Virus record (IMG/VR): IMGVR_UViG_3300045988_020332
Source: a virus
Reading direction: 5' to 3' (one strand)
DNA length: 45,014 nucleotides
In this document: piece after piece, positions 41,119-45,014 of the stretch
Layout of the letters: each line of letters starts with the position of its first letter
How positions within the stretch are numbered: position 1 is the first letter of the stretch
Position numbers and translations under genes: made by a program
Notes under the pieces: model-generated
Told to the model about the DNA's origin: nothing
Database searches by the model: none
The model's input: only the letters and a program-made list of their open reading frames with translations

Positions 41119-42367
41119 AAATCCGATTAATCTGAATGAAATTATAGCTCCAGCTTTTTACAATGTATTCTGGGATATTCTGGATGGCAAGCACACTTAT
41201 TATGATTTGTATGGAGGACGTGGATCAACTAAATCATCTTTTGTAGGTGTTATGATTCCTTTCCAGATGATGCAAGATGCTATTAATGGATCAATAACTA
41301 ATGCAGTCATATTCCGAAAAGTTGGAAATACACTCCGAGAATCTGTGTATGAACAGATAGCATGGGGAATTGATGCACTTGGAGTTAATGACTTGTGGGA
41401 TACCAGTGTAAGCCCTATGCAGTACACTTATAAGCCTACTGGACAGAAAATCATATTCAGAGGACTGGACAAGGCAAAAAAGACTAAATCTATTAAAGCA
41501 AGCAAGGGATATTTCAAGTATCTCTGGTTCGAGGAACTTGACGAATTTTCTGGCATTGAAGAAATTCGTACAGTGCAGCAGTCAGTTCTTCGAGGTGGCA
41601 GTAAGTTTGTTGTATTTAAGACATTCAATCCGCCAATCAGCCGGAGCAACTGGGCGAATGTGTATGTAGAAGAGCCACGAGACGACAGCTACAGGCATAA
41701 GAGTGACTACAGATCAGTTCCTGTTGAATGGCTTGGTCAACAATTCCTTGATGATGCGGAGCATCTTAAAAAGACAAATCCAAGAGCCTATCAGCATGAA
41801 TATCTTGGATTGCCTGTCGGACTCGGTACAAATATCTTTGAGTTGTTGGAAATCCGAACGATTCCAGACGAAGAAATTCAGAAGTATCAAAGTGTCTATC
41901 AGGGACAAGACTGGGGATGGTATCCGGATCCCAAAGCGTTTATCCGTGTGGCTTATGTACCTAATCAGGACAAAGTTATTCTGCTGGATGAGCTTGGCGG
42001 ATGTAAAATTCGAAATACAGCAATGGCTAACCAGATAAAGAAAAAAGGATATGATGATTATTCAATATCTTGCGGAGTTGATGAAGAAGAAAGTATTATT
42101 GACTTCCGAGATGCAGGGCTTCCAGCACGTAGGGCCATTGTTACACCGGGAAGCCGCAAATATACATTTGAGTGGTTACAGTGCCGAACATTAGTCATTG
42201 ATCCGGCACGAACACCTAGAGCATACAAGGAAATTATAAATTATGAACATGAAGTAGATAGCAATGGAGAAGTTATCGCAGATTATCCGGATGGTAACGA
42301 TCACTGGATAGATTCTCTCAGGTATGCGACAAGTCCATTGTCAATGAGAAGAGGACATAGTGCATAA
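41111..42367 (+). CDS. terL: Terminase large subunit, PBSX/XtmB-like (headful type)
   Basis: Walker A YGGRGSTKS. Size 418 aa. Position. Confidence 0.85.
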   Translation: MNENPINLNEIIAPAFYNVFWDILDGKHTYYDLYGGRGSTKSSFVGVMIPFQMMQDAINGSITNAVIFRKVGNTLRESVYEQIAWGIDALGVNDLWDTSVSPMQYTYKPTGQKIIFRGLDKAKKTKSIKASKGYFKYLWFEELDEFSGIEEIRTVQQSVLRGGSKFVVFKTFNPPISRSNWANVYVEEPRDDSYRHKSDYRSVPVEWLGQQFLDDAEHLKKTNPRAYQHEYLGLPVGLGTNIFELLEIRTIPDEEIQKYQSVYQGQDWGWYPDPKAFIRVAYVPNQDKVILLDELGGCKIRNTAMANQIKKKGYDDYSISCGVDEEESIIDFRDAGLPARRAIVTPGSRKYTFEWLQCRTLVIDPARTPRAYKEIINYEHEVDSNGEVIADYPDGNDHWIDSLRYATSPLSMRRGHSA

Positions 42368-43812
42368 TGGGACTTATAACAACACTAAAAAGGTGGTTTA
42401 ACATGATATTCAAAAAACAAGCTGAAGAGGACTTCAATATCCAGGCAGCAGAATTTCCAGAAATGGAATCACTGATTAACCGGTGTGCGAACATCTACAG
42501 AGGTGCGCCGGAATGGTTAGATGATAAGAACAATATCAAGACGATTAATTTCGCGAAATCTGTCTGCTCAGAAACAGCTCGGCTCGCAACACTGGCGATC
42601 GGCATTCAGATAGACGGATCCGCAAGAGCTACGTGGCTGCAGGAGCAGATCGACAAGGTATATTTCCAGATTCGTCACTGGGTAGAATATGGCTGTGCCT
42701 ATGGAACAGTATTCATCAAGCCAAACGGTGAGAGCCTTGACATATTCACTCCGGCAGATGTGATGATTGTGGACTATGATAATCAGGAAATTAAGGGGAT
42801 TATATTCAAGAATTCTTACACTGTTGGTCGGAAATACTATACACGGCTTGAATATCATAGGTTTGTTGAGACCACCGTGGACGGCGTGACGACCTACCCG
42901 TACTACGTTTCTAACAGAGCCTATGTATCAAAATCCCCTCAATCAATCGGTGATAAAATTGACCTTAAACAAACCAAATGGGCTGACCTTATGGCAGATA
43001 CACCACCGATTCTCAAAGCAAATGGTGAGAAGCTAGATGGACCTCTGTACGGAGTACTTCGGACACCACAGGCAAATAATGTAGATATCAGTACACCGCT
43101 TGGACTTCCGATTTTTGCAGAAGCCATTGAAGAGTTAAAAGACCTCGACATTGCATACAGCCGTAATGCCGGAGAAATTTTTGATTCTCAGAAGATTGTT
43201 CTGGCAGATGATAGACTGCTGATGCCAAGTGGCACGCCTGTATCAGCTATGTCACCACAGGGCATGGAGAACAGGCGGAAAGAGATGAACTTACCGCACT
43301 TTGTCAAGAATGTATTCGGACAGGACGAGAAAGAGTTCTATCAAGAAATCAATCCACAACTCAACACAGATACCCGTATAGCCGGCATAAACGCTCTTTT
43401 AAGCCAGTTAGGATATAAAATTGGATTCTCTAACGGATATTTTGTTTTCAACGAATCTAGTGGCATTCAGACGGCTACGGGAGTAGAAGCAGAACAGCAG
43501 AGGACAGTGCAATTCATAAAAGATGTTCGAGATAAGTTGGAATCCTGCCTGGATGAAGTTATTTACGCATTGAACGTCTATGCTGACCTGTACGGACTTA
43601 CACCTGTCGGAGCTTATGAAGTCAATTATGATTTTGGAGACATCCTGTATGTGCGCGAAAACGACCGCGCGAGATGGTGGCAGTATGTGACTACTGGCAA
43701 GGTTCCGGCATGGCTGTATTTTGTGAAGTTCGAGGGAATGACTGAGGAAGAAGCTAGAGCAATGGTCAAAGAGGCTCAGCCAGACGAACCAACATTATTC
43801 GGAGAGGAGTAA
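42367..43812 (+). CDS. Portal protein (SPP1 gp6-like)
   Basis: 481 aa immediately after terL. ATAATG overlap. Confidence 0.8.
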   Translation: MGLITTLKRWFNMIFKKQAEEDFNIQAAEFPEMESLINRCANIYRGAPEWLDDKNNIKTINFAKSVCSETARLATLAIGIQIDGSARATWLQEQIDKVYFQIRHWVEYGCAYGTVFIKPNGESLDIFTPADVMIVDYDNQEIKGIIFKNSYTVGRKYYTRLEYHRFVETTVDGVTTYPYYVSNRAYVSKSPQSIGDKIDLKQTKWADLMADTPPILKANGEKLDGPLYGVLRTPQANNVDISTPLGLPIFAEAIEELKDLDIAYSRNAGEIFDSQKIVLADDRLLMPSGTPVSAMSPQGMENRRKEMNLPHFVKNVFGQDEKEFYQEINPQLNTDTRIAGINALLSQLGYKIGFSNGYFVFNESSGIQTATGVEAEQQRTVQFIKDVRDKLESCLDEVIYALNVYADLYGLTPVGAYEVNYDFGDILYVRENDRARWWQYVTTGKVPAWLYFVKFEGMTEEEARAMVKEAQPDEPTLFGEE

Positions 43813-43816
43813 AAAG

Positions 43817-44071
43817 ATGGCAGACAAACCAGTAACGCGAGAAGAAAAGTACCTCGCATATCTGACAGGTGATTATACAGGCGAAATTCCGAAGCCGATC
43901 ACGAGGAAAGAAAAGTACCTGTACAAACTCTGTGCAGACGGAATTGGAACCAGTAAAGAAGCTATAGCAGAAGCAGTTCAGACATACCTGTCCGATAAGG
44001 GCGTTGGACTTAGCATGGATGCAGATGGCTATGTGAGTTTGAAAGCAACGGAGGGAAATAGTAATGACTGA
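43817..44071 (+). CDS. Small protein with duplicated T-R-x-E-K-Y-L motif
   Basis: VTREEKYLAYLTGDYTGEIPKPITRKEKYLYKL. Confidence 0.5.
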   Translation: MADKPVTREEKYLAYLTGDYTGEIPKPITRKEKYLYKLCADGIGTSKEAIAEAVQTYLSDKGVGLSMDADGYVSLKATEGNSND

Positions 44072-45014
44072 TGTATTTAAGGGAATAATCACAGCAGATG
44101 GAAAGAAAAGGCAGCTACCTTACGATGCAGTGTTGGACAGGCCAGTTTCTGATAAAACGTTATCTGAAGAGGGCGGCTTTGCGGATGCTAAAGTGGTAGG
44201 GGACAATTTCAAAAAAACAAAGGCAGAAACTGATTCACTGAAGGAAGATTTAGACGATATAGGAACGTTTACAAAATCACCCAATCTAGTAAACCCATCA
44301 GAGCTTAGACACGATTATTCTATTGGTAGTGACGGAAATCCTGTGGCAAGTGACGGACTTGTGATAACAGGGAAAATCAAAGTAGACAAGTCTATTCAGT
44401 ATGTGAGCAAGCATAATATTTTTTATAATTTATACTTGTATGATAACGATAATTTTGTAGGACAAATAAACACATACAAACAGTATAACAACGGATTTTT
44501 AATAGACTTGCCATCTATCAGCACTAATTTTGATAGTGTTATTATTTGTTATAAATATTCTGAAATGACAGAGCCATATTACTTTGGCAGTAAGGATGAT
44601 TTCGATGCCTATGGATTCGTGGAATACTATGACAAATTTGTTTTCGGAGAAAAAACACATGGCTCAGTAGATGAAAATATGCTCTCTGATGAAATAAAGG
44701 AAAAATTAAACAATGATGAAGAGGTCAACTTATTGCCATATGAAACTATTAAAGGAGTAGTTAATTGGAATGGAAAAATTGGCTCTATAGACGGTTTTAA
44801 TATTGCCAAGTTTAAATTGGCAATCGGTCAGCATATAAAAGTATATTGTAATCCAGTTACAGGCGATACATCACATGTTGCAATGGGAGAATATTTCTAC
44901 AATAATACTATTCTCAAAAAAATATACACCGCAACGGAAACTCACTTGATTAAACCAATGGAATACACCGCAACAAAAGCAGTAACGTATATTTGGGTGC
45001 AATACAAAAAAAAT
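44064..45014 (+). CDS. N-terminal part of the junction-spanning protein (about 544 aa in total). The N-terminus looks like a fibre or tail-associated protein. This ORF is absent from the supplied ORF track.
   Basis: ATG at 44064 overlaps the previous stop (ATGACTGA). The frame is open for 317 codons to the window end and continues in frame at nt 100 (frame of ORF 31..783). N-terminal motif: LPYDAVLDRPVSDKTLSEEGGFADAKVVGDNF. Confidence 0.8.
   Translation, partial: MTDVFKGIITADGKKRQLPYDAVLDRPVSDKTLSEEGGFADAKVVGDNFKKTKAETDSLKEDLDDIGTFTKSPNLVNPSELRHDYSIGSDGNPVASDGLVITGKIKVDKSIQYVSKHNIFYNLYLYDNDNFVGQINTYKQYNNGFLIDLPSISTNFDSVIICYKYSEMTEPYYFGSKDDFDAYGFVEYYDKFVFGEKTHGSVDENMLSDEIKEKLNNDEEVNLLPYETIKGVVNWNGKIGSIDGFNIAKFKLAIGQHIKVYCNPVTGDTSHVAMGEYFYNNTILKKIYTATETHLIKPMEYTATKAVTYIWVQYKKN
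44916..45014. repeat. Terminal direct repeat copy 2, identical to 1..99
   Basis: Same 99-nt string as the window start. Confidence 0.95.

Larger units (their letters stand above)
1..45014. mobile_element. Complete temperate siphovirus-like phage/prophage genome, circularly permuted in this window (unique length 44,915 bp)
   Basis: Full set of terminase, portal, capsid, tail, lysis, integrase, repressor and replication genes. The 99-nt ends are identical. Confidence 0.9.

Overview
The window is a complete, circularly closed genome of a temperate siphovirus-type phage or prophage. The host is most likely a Clostridia-class Bacillota, judged from GGAGG-type ribosome-binding sites (RBS), a LytTR regulator, and CHAP/SH3b lysin domains. 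Nucleotides 1..99 are identical to 44916..45014, which looks like assembly overlap, so the unique length is 44,915 bp. One ORF crosses the junction (44064..45014 joined to 100..783). Module order on the + strand is as follows. Packaging and head: terS, PBSX-type terL, SPP1-like portal, a small EKYL-repeat protein, the junction-spanning SGNH/GDSL hydrolase protein and a MuF-like minor head protein, followed by a small Cys-His-Asp peptidase-like gene, a membrane coiled-coil protein and a sigma-region-4-like HTH. A five-gene cassette of Gln/Asn/Cys-rich proteins sits at 3105..5723. Next come a GC-rich noncoding leader, tRNA-Asn(GUU), scaffold, and major capsid with an Ig-like tail domain. Then come head-tail joining genes (with an HExxH protein and a holin-like gene embedded), major tail, two chaperones, tape measure, Dit-like protein, a 1157-aa tail/receptor protein with a peptidase-S74 chaperone domain, and a three-part endolysin. 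The lysogeny module is on the - strand: attP-like region with arm repeats, tyrosine integrase, a zinc-ribbon/OB membrane protein, an orphan LytTR response regulator and an XRE/CI-like repressor with divergent promoters and palindromic operators. The early/replication module contains a perfect 18-bp tandem-repeat (hexapeptide) gene, a P-loop ATPase, a DUF669-like protein, an ERCC4 nuclease, a CHC2 zinc finger, a DUF927-type helicase, an iteron plus AT-rich origin, a ~420-bp purine-skewed repeat island, and many small ORFs (YopX, DUF1653, XRE). The most interesting signals are these: (1) a 20-nt box repeated three times at fixed spacing from extended -10 elements at late-module boundaries; (2) the structured leader plus tRNA-Asn next to the Asn/Gln-rich cassette; (3) the orphan LytTR regulator operon; (4) the purine-skewed repeat island next to a protein with a RAMP-like glycine loop; (5) the 14.7-copy 18-bp repeat gene. 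All functional calls come from motif recognition by eye. No searches were run.
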